Shown one piece after another: positions 1 to 18,065 of a DNA stretch of 64,000 bases; the first letter of the stretch is position 1; each line of letters starts with the position of its first letter. The stretch covers positions 104,844,001 to 104,908,000 of the forward strand of contig CM052817.1 in assembly GCA_028534125.1 (NCBI GenBank), given 5' to 3'. A program made the translations under genes and the position numbers. A model generated the notes under the pieces. That model worked only from the letters and a program-made list of their open reading frames with translations. It ran no database searches and had not been told where the DNA came from. The DNA is from Lama glama (Eukaryota).

Positions 1-74
1 AGCATGACTGGGACATTATGCTGTACACCAGAGACTGACACATTGTAATTGACTATACTTCAATAAAAAAAAAA
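1..74 (+). mobile_element. L1 3' end with poly(A) tail (young camelid-type L1)
   Basis: GCATGACTGGGACATT..GCTGTACACCAGA..TGACACATTGTAA..TACTTCAATAAAAA; the same tail recurs at 19124-19200 and 27545-27645. Confidence 0.8.
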
Positions 75-386
75 TGTAATGGCTGAACAGAGAATAATGT
101 ATGTCTTGCTGAAGATTTACAGGAACATCCTGACCTGACCTAGGTAGACAGCTGCAAAAACAAAAGATTCTCACACTAAGAAGTTTGCAACAACCAACCA
201 CAACCCTTCCTCTTTTTAGTATAAAAGGAACCTGAATTCTGACTTGGCGAGGATGATTCTCTATGACATGAGTCCCCCATCTTCTTGGTCTGCTGGCTTT
301 CCAAATAAATTCCTTACTCCAACACCTCATCTCCTGATTTACTGGCCTGTCAAGTGGCGAGAAGAATAAGTTTGGACTCAGTAACA
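75..386 (+). mobile_element. ERV1 LTR, 3' part (MER41-like)
   Basis: TATAAAA, AATAAA and terminal GTAACA; reverse complement of 48183-48500. Confidence 0.8.
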
Positions 387-387
387 C

Positions 388-608
388 CAGGAGTAGGTAA
401 ACTACAACCCATCAGCCAATTCAGTCCACTGCCTGTCTTTGCAAATAAAACTTTACTGGAACACAGCCACACCCAGCTCCGGAGTTACTGTCTATGGCTG
501 CTTTTGACCTCAGTGTCAGAGATGAGTAGTTCTAATAGAAAGCCAATGGCTTGCAAAGTCCAAAATATTCACTGTCTGACTCTTTATAGAAAAATTCGCT
601 GAATCTTA
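388..608 (+). mobile_element. MER58A (hAT-Charlie MITE)
   Basis: Matches the recalled consensus ...AATAAAACTTTACTGGAACACAGCCAC...GTCTATGGCTGCTTT...CAAAATATT. Confidence 0.8.
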
Positions 609-1199
609 TTGAAGATTAACATACTATCAAGAATTATTCTGGGACTTTCATCACCTTAGCATTACAACTTACTTAATATGTGACCTATTCCACTGGGTTG
701 CTGTTCTCTGCCTTGCAATGAGAGAGGCAGCTATCTAAAACCTAATTTATGCCAAGATAGTGAAGATTGATGCTGGTTTGTATGTGTTTCTCCCAGGTGG
801 CATTTGCTCTCTCATAGAAGCCTTCTGAAGAGAAATGTTGTAGAACAAAGAAATCAATATCTCATTTCATAATTTCAGAGTCCACAGCAAATGAGGAAAG
901 ATCTTCCTAATTAAATTACCCTTCTAATTACATTATCTACTCCACTTTTGAGATTATTTACCACACATGTACTTTGTTTGCTTTGTCTGATATTTTGCTC
1001 TCTGGCTGTTGGGCCCTTAAATGAGTTATTATCTTTTCTATTGGTTCATTGGCTTACGTCTAGTTGCTGGAGGTCTGTAAGTGGCAGCAGTCACACAAAT
1101 GATGGAAAATGCCTTGGCACCTGCCTCTATCACCAGCAGTATAGATGCCACTGGACTGCCAGTCTATTCATTCCAGAAGAAAGACTTCAAGGAATAGTT

Positions 1200-1498
1200 T
1201 TATTTATAATTTATATATATATATAAATAAATTACATATAAGAAATTATATGTAAATTATATAATTATATACAAATAAATATAATAATATATATAAATTA
1301 TATATATGAATTACATAGTTATATATAAAATCATATTATTATATATGAATTATATATTATATATTATAATATATAACATATATAATAATACATAATATAT
1401 AATATAGGTCTATATAATATAAAATATATAAATTACATATAAATCTATAAATAAATTATATATATACATTTATATATATATTTTTTATATATATATAT
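1200..1498. repeat. AT-rich low-complexity / (TA)n
   Basis: Almost entirely A/T. Confidence 0.95.
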
Positions 1499-1569
1499 GG
1501 GACTGAAAGATAAATACTAGTTGGCAGAAAAGGAGAAGAAAAAGATCTTGTTGTAATAAGAATGTAATT

Positions 1570-1735
1570 ATAAATATTTATGTAGATTTCTGAGGTTTAC
1601 AAAGCGCTTTCCAATGCTAATTTAATCTTTTCTACATCTTTGCAAATGTGTGTTGCACCTATATTCCCACTATGAGTCAGATAAAAGGCTCAGATGGAGC
1701 AGCTCCTAAGTGACAGAAGAACAACAAATCTGTTT
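1570..1735 (-). mobile_element. MIR fragment
   Basis: Degenerate MIR core (GGTTTACAAAGCGCTTTCC...AGGCTCAGA). Confidence 0.5.
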
Positions 1736-1939
1736 TGAGGTATGAAATACCATGCACCTCTGAGCATCTGTGTTGTTTTTATTGGAAAATATGCAGAGAA
1801 GAGAGATGGAGACAAGTTAAGGGACCCTGCAGGGACAAGGCTGGGCCAGGCAGAAGCAATTTTCCTCCATGCAGAAACTTTCCTCACAGCAAGGAAGAGA
1901 AAATTAAAGGAATTCTTCAGAAATTTCTTCCTCATGTAT

Positions 1940-2210
1940 CTGTTCATTCACTTGACAAATATTTATTGACAGACTCATGTGTCAGGCACTGTTCTAGAAT
2001 CTGGAGACACAGTAGTGAGCAAAAGATATCCATCTTCATGGAGTGTATATTTTGAAGGAAAGAAAATAAACAAAATGCACAGTATTCTAATCAGTGATAA
2101 GTACCAAGTGGAAAAAAACAAAACAAAACAGAGAAGGGGCATATCAAGTGTCAGGGTATCAGGCTGAAAGTTTAGAAAGCGTGATCAGGGAAGGCCTCCC
2201 TGAGAAGGCA
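1940..2210 (-). mobile_element. L2 3' fragment
   Basis: TTCATTCA..ACAAATATTTATTGA..TGTCAGGCACTGTTCTAG, typical of an antisense L2 tail. Confidence 0.7.
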
Positions 2211-2804
2211 ACTAATGTCCTGGTAATGTTACTTTAACTAATTGTCTATCATTATAGCCCACTTTTCATTTTCTCTTGGGAGGTATATCATACCCATTCT
2301 GTTCCTACTAAAAGTAAACAACTGATTTATTGTTGAGTGTTTCTAACTAATTATGCCTACTAATTACTTAATCCAGTGATTTTCCAATGCATTGTAGTAG
2401 CAAGAGACAGACTTGGCAAAACTTGACGAACTGTGTCACATTAGTTCAGCAATGTCCCAGGTAGACAAAGTGTTTCTTATAAGTCTTTGACTAAAAGGTC
2501 TGCATATGAAAACCTGTAGCTTCCAGTTATACCAGAATGTTAATAAAGATTGGATAAAATAAATCACCATATTGTTTTGTACAATGGTCTTTGTAATGCT
2601 AGAAATAACTAGAAATATAAAAATTAAGTTTATTGCCGTTTGCTGTACTAGAAAATGACATAGAAGACAATTAACATTCCATTTATCTTTCCACAATACA
2701 TGGGCCCCCATGTTTTCCTTCTGGGACATTCAGAAAGTCAATAGCTAAGACATATCTGCTGTCTCCTTAAGAGGTTTTTGAAGCAATCTACAAAAAGTGG
2801 CAAC

Positions 2805-4081
2805 TGTTCTTGACAAATTAAGGGGGCTCAGTAAATAAACCCCCTACTCCTGGCACCTGAATTTGGAATCAAATGACATAGAAGTTAAAAATATCAGCTT
2901 CATTTCTGAGGAGGCTGGGGGGAGAATATAGCCTAGATTTGCAGACAAGTGGTTTTGCTAACGTTGCTCCCTACAATTAAATGTACAGCCGCAAACTACA
3001 GGACTATCTCCCCTGTTGGGTTTAACACAATAGCTGAGAGCAAAGGAAAAAAGTAACCTCTCTGCAGACAACTAGACCCCTCAGAGACGGGCCAGATTCA
3101 CTTATAATTTTATAATTCACTGAACAGTTTATCAAATAGGCTACAGTGTAAATGATATCTCCGTGAGGTTGTAAAAACAGAACTCCTGTCCTGAGTGGGA
3201 CACTCCCTTGTCTTCCTTTGGGGAGGTACGAGGTTTGCCGTGAAAAGCACCAGGGAAAGAGGCTGGGGTGTTACACTAATGGTGCTCCCTCTGTAAGGAA
3301 ACATCAGCACAGGGAGGATTACAGTTCCTCCCCAAATATTTCATTTGATCTAGCAACATTTTCTCACATTACAATTTGAGAGAAGACACAAAAACAATTA
3401 TTACTCACNNNNNNNNNNNNNNNNNNNNNNNNNNNNNNNNNNNNNNNNNNNNNNNNNNNNNNNNNNNNNNNNNNNNNNNNNNNNNNNNNNNNNNNNNNNN
3501 NNNNNNNNNNNNNNNNNNNNNNNNNNNNNNNNNNNNNNNNNNNNNNNNNNNNNNNNNNNNNNNNNNNNNNNNNNNNNNNNNNNNNNNNNNNNNNNNNNNN
3601 NNNNNNNNNNNNNNNNNNNNNNNNNNNNNNNNNNNNNNNNNNNNNNNNNNNNNNNNNNNNNNNNNNNNNNNNNNNNNNNNNNNNNNNNNNNNNNNNNNNN
3701 NNNNNNNNNNNNNNNNNNNNNNNNNNNNNNNNNNNNNNNNNNNNNNNNNNNNNNNNNNNNNNNNNNNNNNNNNNNNNNNNNNNNNNNNNNNNNNNNNNNN
3801 NNNNNNNNNNNNNNNNNNNNNNNNNNNNNNNNNNNNNNNNNNNNNNNNNNNNNNNNNNNNNNNNNNNNNNNNNNNNNNNNNNNNNNNNNNNNNNNNNNNN
3901 NNNNNNNNGCACACCAGTGAAGCTAGTCCTGAGGTTTTCCCCAAGACGGTTCAACAGTTCCAGCTTCTTCAGTGTTTATCAAAATACGAAAGAAAACAGC
4001 GGAGGTTATCATTTTTGATGGCAGATCTGATCCTTGCAGACCGAGGGAGGGAAAACACATGCAGTTGTTGAGAGAACTAAC
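2805..4081. mobile_element. Putative ERV LTR/internal fragment spanning a 500-N gap
   Basis: Begins TGTTCT and ends AGAAC, with imperfect CAAC/TAAC flanks; LTR-like composition; family not identified. Confidence 0.35.
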
Positions 4082-6059
4082 TTCTTCTCCTTAATTGCTT
4101 AATAAAATAACAGAAAATTTGAGTTGTAAGCTCTTTGCTGGACAATATAAAGAGGATATGATGGGGAGAAAGTCTTGATTAGAGAAGATAAACACACACA
4201 CACACACACACAAAGCAAACAACTGAGCTTGGAAGAAGAGCAGCTGGTGGGAAGTTCTCTATGGCAGTGATGGACCAATGCCATTAACGGCGCTGACATC
4301 TAGTGATGAATTTAACATGGTTTTCTTCTATGTATTCTGCTAATGTCCCATCATTCTGCTAATGTCTCATCTTTCTGCCAAAGCCTTGAGTCAAAGTTGA
4401 GGACACCAAAAAGATTCTAATGGAGGTCTGAGGGAAGGAATGAAGGATGAGACCCACCCAGAGAGCAATGGGACAGGGAGAGAAGAGAGACGTGGTGGGA
4501 GGTGAGGTCGTGGGGATCCAACCACTTGGGAATCACTGGAATTTAAGTCTGGGCATTAAGATGACAAAGAGAACTAAAGCCCCTCCTTGAAGAACTATAG
4601 AGATAACTGGGGCAGTGACACCCTTCTCAGCATACTCAGGATGAAGCAGCATTAAAGTACTTCATTATTAAAAGAAGAAGGTATCCAGGAAGTGGGAGGG
4701 CTTGAGGTCACATGGGTGACACTTGTCCTTCAGTGCTTGAGGCACAGAGCATCTCTCAGAGGCTGCTGTTCCCACCTCATTTTGGATGCAGAGTTATTTA
4801 TTAATTACTTAGTTAATTAATTAATTAGCTACTAATTACTTCTTAGATAAGCAAAAACATGCAAATTATTGTCAAGACAATATACTTAAGTAAATGCAAT
4901 ATATCCAGGGTGACATCTTCCCTTTGGGTAATGATGTTGCTCTACTTGAACTTACGCAAACCTCATCTCGTATCCAGTGAGTCACTGAACATTATTGTTA
5001 ATAGCTCACAAATTGGGCTTGAATTTCATAGCTTGAAAAAATTGTGTTTGTCGCTCCTGTGCATGCGCAGGTGGGTGTGCGTGGATATAGACCTGTGTGT
5101 GTGCACACACTTTAGCAAGGAGGCAGTTCAACTAGCCCACTGAACTGGAAAATGGAGATTTCTCTCTCCTCCACCTAACGGATAAAATGTTAACGTGGAG
5201 CGGGGGATTTTTGACGTGCTAGTTGTTTCTTATGCATTTTTCATGGGAGATTGTGGGATTTCAGTGCCGGGCACTGCTGTCAGAAGCAAATGAAAGATGT
5301 ATACCAAAAGGAGCACTAGCTTTTTTTTTTAAATTTATTTATATAGTTGATTCTTTTTCAATTTTTAAAAATTGCATTTCTGAGCTCTGTCTCTAACATG
5401 AGCTTGTCTCAAAAGTAATATTCTTTGAATCCACTATTCCCTTTATGAACATATTTGATAACAGTGTTCACAGATCGGGGTTTTTACTTCCCACTGCTGA
5501 GTCATCTCAAATAGTCTTGTTTTCAGAAATGCCATGCAAATGAGGTGCTATATAAACAATACAAAATCTGTCCGGTCGGGTTTGTTTCAATATATTCTGG
5601 GCTAAGAACACATTTAAACTTATCCACATTGCAGTATGCTTACATAGAATATTCTAATTTAAAATCATCTTCAAGAAAATCTATTAACATCTCTTGTTTT
5701 TCTGTTGTTTTCAGAGATAGACATGCAGCTAGCTTGTCTTAACTTGCATCAATTAAGCCACGCTCATTACTTCCGTCTTAATATATGTCTTAAGACTGGA
5801 CATATTATTTCCATGCTATTAGATTAACTCCATGAGTGTAGGATGGATTAAAAACCGTGGAGCCAGTTGTGGAGAGAAATGGTCACAAACATGAGAGCAG
5901 AAATCGTAGAATCACTTGGCCATTGGCATGAGTGAATGAGAACATTGTCACACTTTTTGTATTTCTTTAAGGAAATTGCACATAAATGTTGTTGCCTCAT
6001 TTTTCTGGATTTTGGTGGGGAAACCAAATGGTAGGGTGAAGAAACTGTAGGTGTTGAGG

Positions 6060-6238
6060 TTAGGAAATTTGGATTCAAATCTTAGCTCTCAGTTTTACCA
6101 CCTAGATGGCTGTAGACAATTTGTTAATCTTTGAGGGCTTTAATGTCTTCATCTGCAAAATGGAGCTGAAACTATTTAAACTATATGTTTGTGAGAATTA
6201 TATAAGGTGATGAAGAGAAAAGGGTCTAGTACAAAGCA
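6060..6238 (+). mobile_element. MIR
   Basis: GGATTCAAATCTTAGCTCT...CTTCATCTGCAAAATGG core. Confidence 0.65.
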
Positions 6239-6289
6239 AGCCTTCAACAGCTGTTGTTCTGGGAGTGATTGCTTGTCTTGGTGTTTCTG

Positions 6290-6543
6290 AAGCCCAGCTC
6301 AGAAACCTCACCATCAACCAATCAGAGAATTGTGCACGAGCTGACACATAGCCTGGAACCCCCCTCCCTCTCCTGGCCTTTAAAAGTCTTTTACTGAAAC
6401 TCATCAGAGAGTTTGGACTTTCTCAGCACCAGTTGTCCTAGACTCCTTGTCTGGCACCTTACACTTTCTGTCACCACAACTCTATCTCAGTAGATTGGCT
6501 TTTCTGCACACAGGTGAATGGACCCAAGTTTGGTTTGGTAACA
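6290..6543 (+). mobile_element. ERV1 LTR, 3' part
   Basis: CCAAT box, TTTAAAA, and an end of CCCAAGTTTGGTTTGGTAACA resembling the U5 end at 386. Confidence 0.7.
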
Positions 6544-7096
6544 GTATCATGGACCTGAAGGTTCTTTGTAATTGCAAGGACAGATTGGAGGGATTAAGGG
6601 GGAATGAGGACTATATTTGACAAGATCATTAGAATATTCAAAGCATACTTGAAAAATGGAAAGTCAATAATTTCTAGAATTTCCCAAGAAATTGTCTAGG
6701 AATCAATATTATGAAGTCTAAGTAAAAATTGTTCAGTTATTTCCTCTAATAACTCATTGATGTCATTGATTGTATAGTACACTGTTCTTAGATACCTATT
6801 TCACTGTGTGCCTACTACCTGTTTTTAGAATTTAACTCTCTTCCTCCTCTATCTGCATGATTTTAACTGTATTTGTATTATGTGCATCTGGTCCTTTGGT
6901 TGTAGTTATTTCTGGGATGGGGTAAATGGGGTAAACCGATCAGTTTTTATATTTGTGGATATGAATTGCAAAAAGCAGCTGGAGAGATGTGGGGTCATGT
7001 CATGTGGATGAGATAAACAGAGAAGCTGGATCAGAGGGAGAGGGAGAGACAGAGAAAGGAGAGGAGAGGGAGACTTAGAGACAAAGAAAAATGAAG

Positions 7097-7653
7097 TATA
7101 AACTTTACCCCAAAAGGGGAAGGGAAAAGACCCCAGTTCTTGTCTTACCCAAAAGAGAAGAATTCAGACAGGAGATCAAGCGTTGTGTAGTGAAAGATTT
7201 TAAAGGTTTTATTAGCAAAGGGGAAGTACCCCTCCAAGAACTGAAGGTGGGCTGATCCGAGGGCAGGTACCGATGGTCTTTGTTCTCCCCCTTCTCCTCT
7301 ACCCTCGCTTGGAGGTGGTCTCTGAACTGATTGACAGCTCTAGCACCTCGAAGGCTCAATCATGCTTGTCCTCTTTTGTGCATGTCCTTACCCATGATGC
7401 ACACAGAAAAACCCATGGGGGGCCTAAACCACAATGCTATTTATATTATAATGAGCACTGGATCATATCCAGTTAGGTCCTTGTTGCTACCACACAGTTG
7501 TGGCTGTCAGGTTCTAACTGGTTTCTTGCTGGCGCTCATTTAGAGGAAGTAAAGCCTCTTTATGCGGGAGGCGGGCAAAACTCCATCTTCTAGACCATCC
7601 TTCCTCTCCTCCACCTGTCTGCCTGGTGTCCCCACTTATCTAACTCCCTAACA
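7097..7653 (-). mobile_element. Solo ERV LTR
   Basis: Ends CTAACA; flanked by TGAAG at 7092-7096 and 7654-7658; antisense poly(A) signal TTTATT; shares blocks with 48623-49274 and 51408-52021. Confidence 0.8.
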
Positions 7654-9519
7654 TGAAGACTTCCTGAGCAGTTACAGTTCCATTCTATCCCCAGGACTTG
7701 TCATCTCTTCCCCTGGACCTTATAAATATTTGACGTCATTCCAGTAAATTCTAGTTTTTCCATTAGTAACTTGCAACAGTAAATAACAATGCTCATTCTT
7801 TCATTTAATTGTTCCACAGACATTTACAGAGCTTTTATGTGAGTTACATATTTTGCTTTTGCTGGAGACAGAGCTCACTGCCTTCAGAAGGACTAGCACT
7901 ATGAAAGGAGAGTAAATGTTTCTTTGGGAATGATGTGTAGGAGCCATTAATTCATAGACTTCAGAGAGCATGGTTTATATTTGTGGCTAATCAAAAATTG
8001 AAGAAGAAGCAATACTTCTGTTTTCTTATGTTTATCCAATTAGTGGATGATTATTCTGATGTTATGGTTTGGGTTACTAAGAGTAAAGGGCGTATTTAAT
8101 TTGTATTCCAGAGGCAACAATAAAAAGGAAGACCTGGATTAATAAATCACTAACAACATGCTATATTTTTCAAGGGACATTGAGTATCACTGAACAGCAA
8201 GTCCTAATTAAGAAAGAGAAGGAGGGACGGTTTGGTGAGCCTGTGGGAGCAAAGGTTTATGTAACAAAATAGTGGAAGACAAGACTGAAAAGTAGAGAGC
8301 CTTCTGTACCAGGCTTTAATGGGTTTAGATTTTATTCTTGAAGCAGAGAAACATTATATAAATAATTATAGAGTAAAACAATGTCTAAGTCCAGTTTGGT
8401 CAGGATTTCTTATGCAATGTGAGCCTCGGGGCTGGAAAAGTGCTTAGAATTTTTACAGTTTCTGTGGGTACCAGTAATGAGACCAAGACTGTGTCATCCA
8501 GCCATATTCAATGGGGACTAATTTCAAAAAGGGTATAAGAGCAGGTAATGAAAGGATCTGACTGCTTAATCAATAAAGTGGTGGCTTTCAAGGCATTGTC
8601 GTTGTCAAGCCTCAGGGATGCTAATATCTGGTCTCTGAAACAGCTCTAATTGGATGCTAGGCTTCGAAGTGACCTGTGCTATTTAACCTTAACAATTTGA
8701 GACAGCTATTTCTTACTGTTTAAAAAGGGTAAAGGTTATAAGTTTGTTAACGTAAAACTGACAATAGCAGAAATTTACACAAAACTGGAAAGAAGTGGAA
8801 ACACTGGACCAACTTTGATTCCTGAACTAAAAGAAAGATGAAAGGAAGCAAGAATAAACCAACAGCCAGAAACAAAGCCAGGGGTAAATATGAACACCAG
8901 TGAGGAACAGAAAATCCACAGATGATTCCCCGAGTGTGTGAATTCCCGGTTTTGCTGAACACAAACTTCCAAACCACAGATATGAATTGGTCATTTTCTG
9001 AATTACAAAGATCATCAGATCATCATCAGAAAGAGTTGAATCTCTAGTGTTCTACTTTGGACATTTTTATTATTGCTTCATCACCTTTTTTTGAAAATTT
9101 GCTTACAACTCCATGCAAACATTGTTGGCTGAATGCATGCCTACCTTTCTCCCAATTTCAACAAGTGCTTTCTGAAGGAAAACATTTTTATACATTGGAA
9201 AATTGAGTTATGGAATTCATTTTGACTGCCATGCACGTAGGAACTCCATCAGTTTAATCAGGCATCCTCAAGCAGAGCAACACATTTCTTTCAACTGGGA
9301 ATTAAGACAGTAGTTGCTGGGAGTCCTCTCAAATTCTTCCACTTATTGGCAAGGGCAGCATTTTTATAAATTAAACATTAGAATGCTTTCAAAAGCCATC
9401 TTCTGAGGTTATGGGACACAGTGGTAGGGCATCTGGAAGCTCCTAGAGCAGTGGCACGATCTGCAGCAGTAGCAGCAGAACTGGGTCACATAGGTTTAGG
9501 AAGTTCTCTTAACATCTGA

Positions 9520-10200
9520 GATCCCAATAGAGATGTCAACTTGCAAGTTGTGTCTATGAGTCTAGGGCTCTTGGAAGCCATCTGGGTGGGATGTAAAACT
9601 TTTGAAATCAATAGGATACAAATAGGGATGGATGGGAATGGATGAAGTCACTGAGGGGGCAATTAGGATGAGAATGCAAGAGGGTCTAAACAGTTCCTGA
9701 AGATTCCATAACTAACGTGGAAGTTGTGTAGGAAAAGAGTCGATGGTGAAGAATAAAAACAAGCTTTCAGTAAGGCTGGATAAAATACATTAAAGTGTGC
9801 TGTATTGGAAGGTAAGATACAGAATATTTCAAAGAGGAAGGTGTATTTACCTGAGTCCAATCCTGCTGGGGGATACAGAAAGCTGAGAAAATTAAAAAAA
9901 AAATCTCTACTGGAAATGGTAACATTGAGATCATTAGTGATTTCACAGAGGAAGGATGAGCTCCATGTTGTAGTGTGCTGGAGATTAAGGATGAGCTGAA
10001 GGAGCACAGGTAGCCTGTATGGTTAGGGGAGAGGAAAAGTATGGATGCAGCCAAGGAGCCAAAGAGCGAAAGAGCAATGAAGAGGTTGTTCGTTCTTCTT
10101 GATATGTTTTCAAACTGGGTATGCCTAGCCATGATTGTGAGTTTAGGGAGACAATTCATTAGAAAGGGAGATATTTATGAAAGTGAGGGAAGATAACTAA
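9520..10200 (-). mobile_element. L2 internal fragment
   Basis: Purine-rich antisense L2 pattern (GGATGAAGTCACTGAGGG, GATCATTAGTGATTTC). Confidence 0.5.
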
Positions 10201-10287
10201 AGAGATGTTTAGTAGATACAAAGGAAATGGAGAAAAAACCCAAGCTGACGAACTGGAGATATTTCTAATTAAATAGATGCAAATTTC

Positions 10288-10412
10288 TGTTGACAAGTTT
10301 AAGCTTTACCTGGATCCTGTGTTCCTGGAAAACAGCGCTGGTTACAAAATCTTGCTTCGTTTTTGCATTTCAGGAGATAACTTACTGCAAGAAACTACCC
10401 TCTAAATGACTA
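10288..10412 (+). mobile_element. ERV1 LTR, 5' fragment (MER34/MER39-like)
   Basis: TGTTGACAAGTTTAAGCTTTACCTG..CCTGTGTTCCTGGAAAACAGCG.TGGTTA. Confidence 0.55.
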
Positions 10413-10624
10413 ACGTCAGCGATTTTGGACACCATTGGCACTACATAGTTCTGTTTGTCAATGTCCTTGTAAAATAAACCAACCTCAGTTTCTCAGCAGA
10501 AAGAGTCTGCTCTTTCACATAATCCTTTTCTGTACAAGGTTTAGTAGTTATTTAAAATTTTTTTTTCCTGCAGCCTTCTGTTCAGCAGGACTACCTAACC
10601 TGCGAACATTTTTCAAGTTATGTC

Positions 10625-15990
<5,366 letters not shown>

Positions 15991-16028
15991 TTTGTTCAGG
16001 TTTTGTAATTGTGTGTGTGTGTTTTCAT

Positions 16029-16146
16029 AGGGGGTAGATAATTAAGTTTACTTACTCATTTATTTTTTAGGGGAGGTATGGAGACTGAAGCCAGGACCTT
16101 GTGCACGCTAAGCACGTGCTCTAGCACTTGAGCTGTACCTTCCCCC
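16029..16146 (-). mobile_element. Camelid tRNA-derived SINE
   Basis: Antisense A/B boxes (CCAGGACCTTGTGCACGCTAAGC..CTCTAGCACTTGAGCT); matches 34240-34338. Confidence 0.8.
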
Positions 16147-17789
16147 TTCAAGTGTTGTCACTGTGTGGATTGCAGAGTGTTGCTAAAGTGACTTGCTAGT
16201 TTAAGATCTGAGCAGTGTCTGTTGTAGTTCTGTTTGCTGAAATTAATGAATGAGAGATAATGCGTCCTTATCTACCAAACTCTGTTGAATTCAAAATTTG
16301 GAAAAAATATATTAGGGTAGCATTCACATTAATCAGTTTAAAGCACTACTTTCTTGAAGATAAGCTATTCTTCCTACTAATAGCTTCTTTAAATAGCTCT
16401 CATCTTATCTACTGATGGTATATATGTGAATACTCATGCAAGCTGCATACTTTTTTTTTTTACTGTGTTTAAAAGACTCTATTAATCAAATGCCTTAAAA
16501 CCTTCTTAATTTCAAGATATATTATTTGTCCCCTGTGCTTCCTTTGGCAATGACCAGATAGTAGCTTATTTTGCCTCAAAGCTTAGTTCAATAAGTAAGA
16601 GGGCTTTACTTTGATTTACTCTTAAAATAAACAATTTCCTTTACATCTTGCCAGTCCCTTACTCATAAATGGAAATAATTAAAAGAGGAAAAAAATTCAG
16701 GCTAATCTCTTGGAACTTTTCATGTTTTTGAAAAAGGCTGGAAGTTTCATTATGTGGTTACTTCAAGGCTCCCAGTCACAGCCGACTGATGGAATCCTAT
16801 TCATTTAAAAGTAATTATATTCCAAGCATAATGACTTCCAGCCATTCTTTAGGATGAGATAAAAACTCAACTTGGCGGTGAAAGCCATTCAGCTTTCAGT
16901 TTAATTTTAATTAAAGGATATAGAACCTCAAAGGAATAGGTTGTTACCAACTTAAACAAACAGCCATATCAGAGTAGTATTAAGATAAAAAAATCAAACT
17001 TAACAATGCAAATGAAAATATGTTAGCACTCTCAATTGATTTTTAATGATGCATAATTAATAACATTTTAAGAATCTAAATAAATGCATGGAAGACTGCT
17101 CACTAAGAAATCAAATGAATTTATCCTTTGTGATATTTACAAATGAGCCCCAGATAGTATATAATTTATTTTACTTTTAACCATTTCTGAAGATAAAAAT
17201 GCATTAGTATCCTCTGGGCATCCAAGAAAAAAAAATCTGATTTCTTCCAGAGTAAGGGAAAAAAGTTTGGTTCAAACTTCTTGTTAGCAACATACAATGC
17301 AAGGCAACAGTGGAGCAAAATTTTCCAGAAATCTAAAAAAATTAAGTATGAGCTAAGGGGTTTAAAAGCAAGCTCTTTTTAATGTTTCAAGACTATAGAA
17401 AAGTAATGTTAGCTGCAAGTATGTGAATAAAACGTAAGGACTGCTGCACATATAAGCCTTTTCTGAGGACTCTATTAAAGGACAAGCTTCATGAACCCCT
17501 CCAAAATAATTGGGAACATTGGCCCTGGAAAACTGGATATTTTTAATAGTATATATAAGATTAAAAAGAAGGTAGGGATACGGGTGGAAAACAGTATGTA
17601 AATGTTACAGATCACGACAAAGGAAAATGAAACAACGAAGAAACTGGAAGGAGAAAGAAAAGAAAGGGGAGAGTAGGACAGATTCACATGGCTCGGCAGA
17701 GAATAGGTGGGAGTCAGGGGATAAGAGGAGATCAAGCAAGGAAACAAATACTGTGAACATTGAGCAGAGTTATTTGTATAAATGCTGCC

Positions 17790-18065
17790 CATTGAACAGT
17801 AATATGAGGGTCCAGCCTGCCAGCTGGGTTACGAGTCCCCCTTTCTGAGTGGCTGTGCTGTACAGCAGACCTGCTGAGCCAAACCCCTGTAAGTGTAGAA
17901 GTCAACTCCTTGTAACAAATCTGTCTCTGTATCTATATACTCATCCATCTTTTCACCCATCTCTAAGTAGATGGATATATGAATGCATAAGTATATATAT
18001 ATTTGTGTGTGTGTATGTTTCTACACACACACATCTCCTTCTTTGGTTGAACTCTGGCACATACA
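17790..18065 (+). mobile_element. MLT2-like (ERVL) LTR 3' fragment
   Basis: CCAGCCTGCCAG..CAACTCCTTGTAACAAATCT..(TA/CA)n..TTGGTTGAACTCTGGCACATACA. Confidence 0.55.

Noticed and set aside
3364..4071. Long ORFs of 179-231 aa (also 40105-40725)
   Set aside because: They are open only because they run through N gaps.
4290..4308. CTCF site (CTGACATCTAGTGA)
   Set aside because: Only a partial match to the core motif; not supportable without ChIP data.
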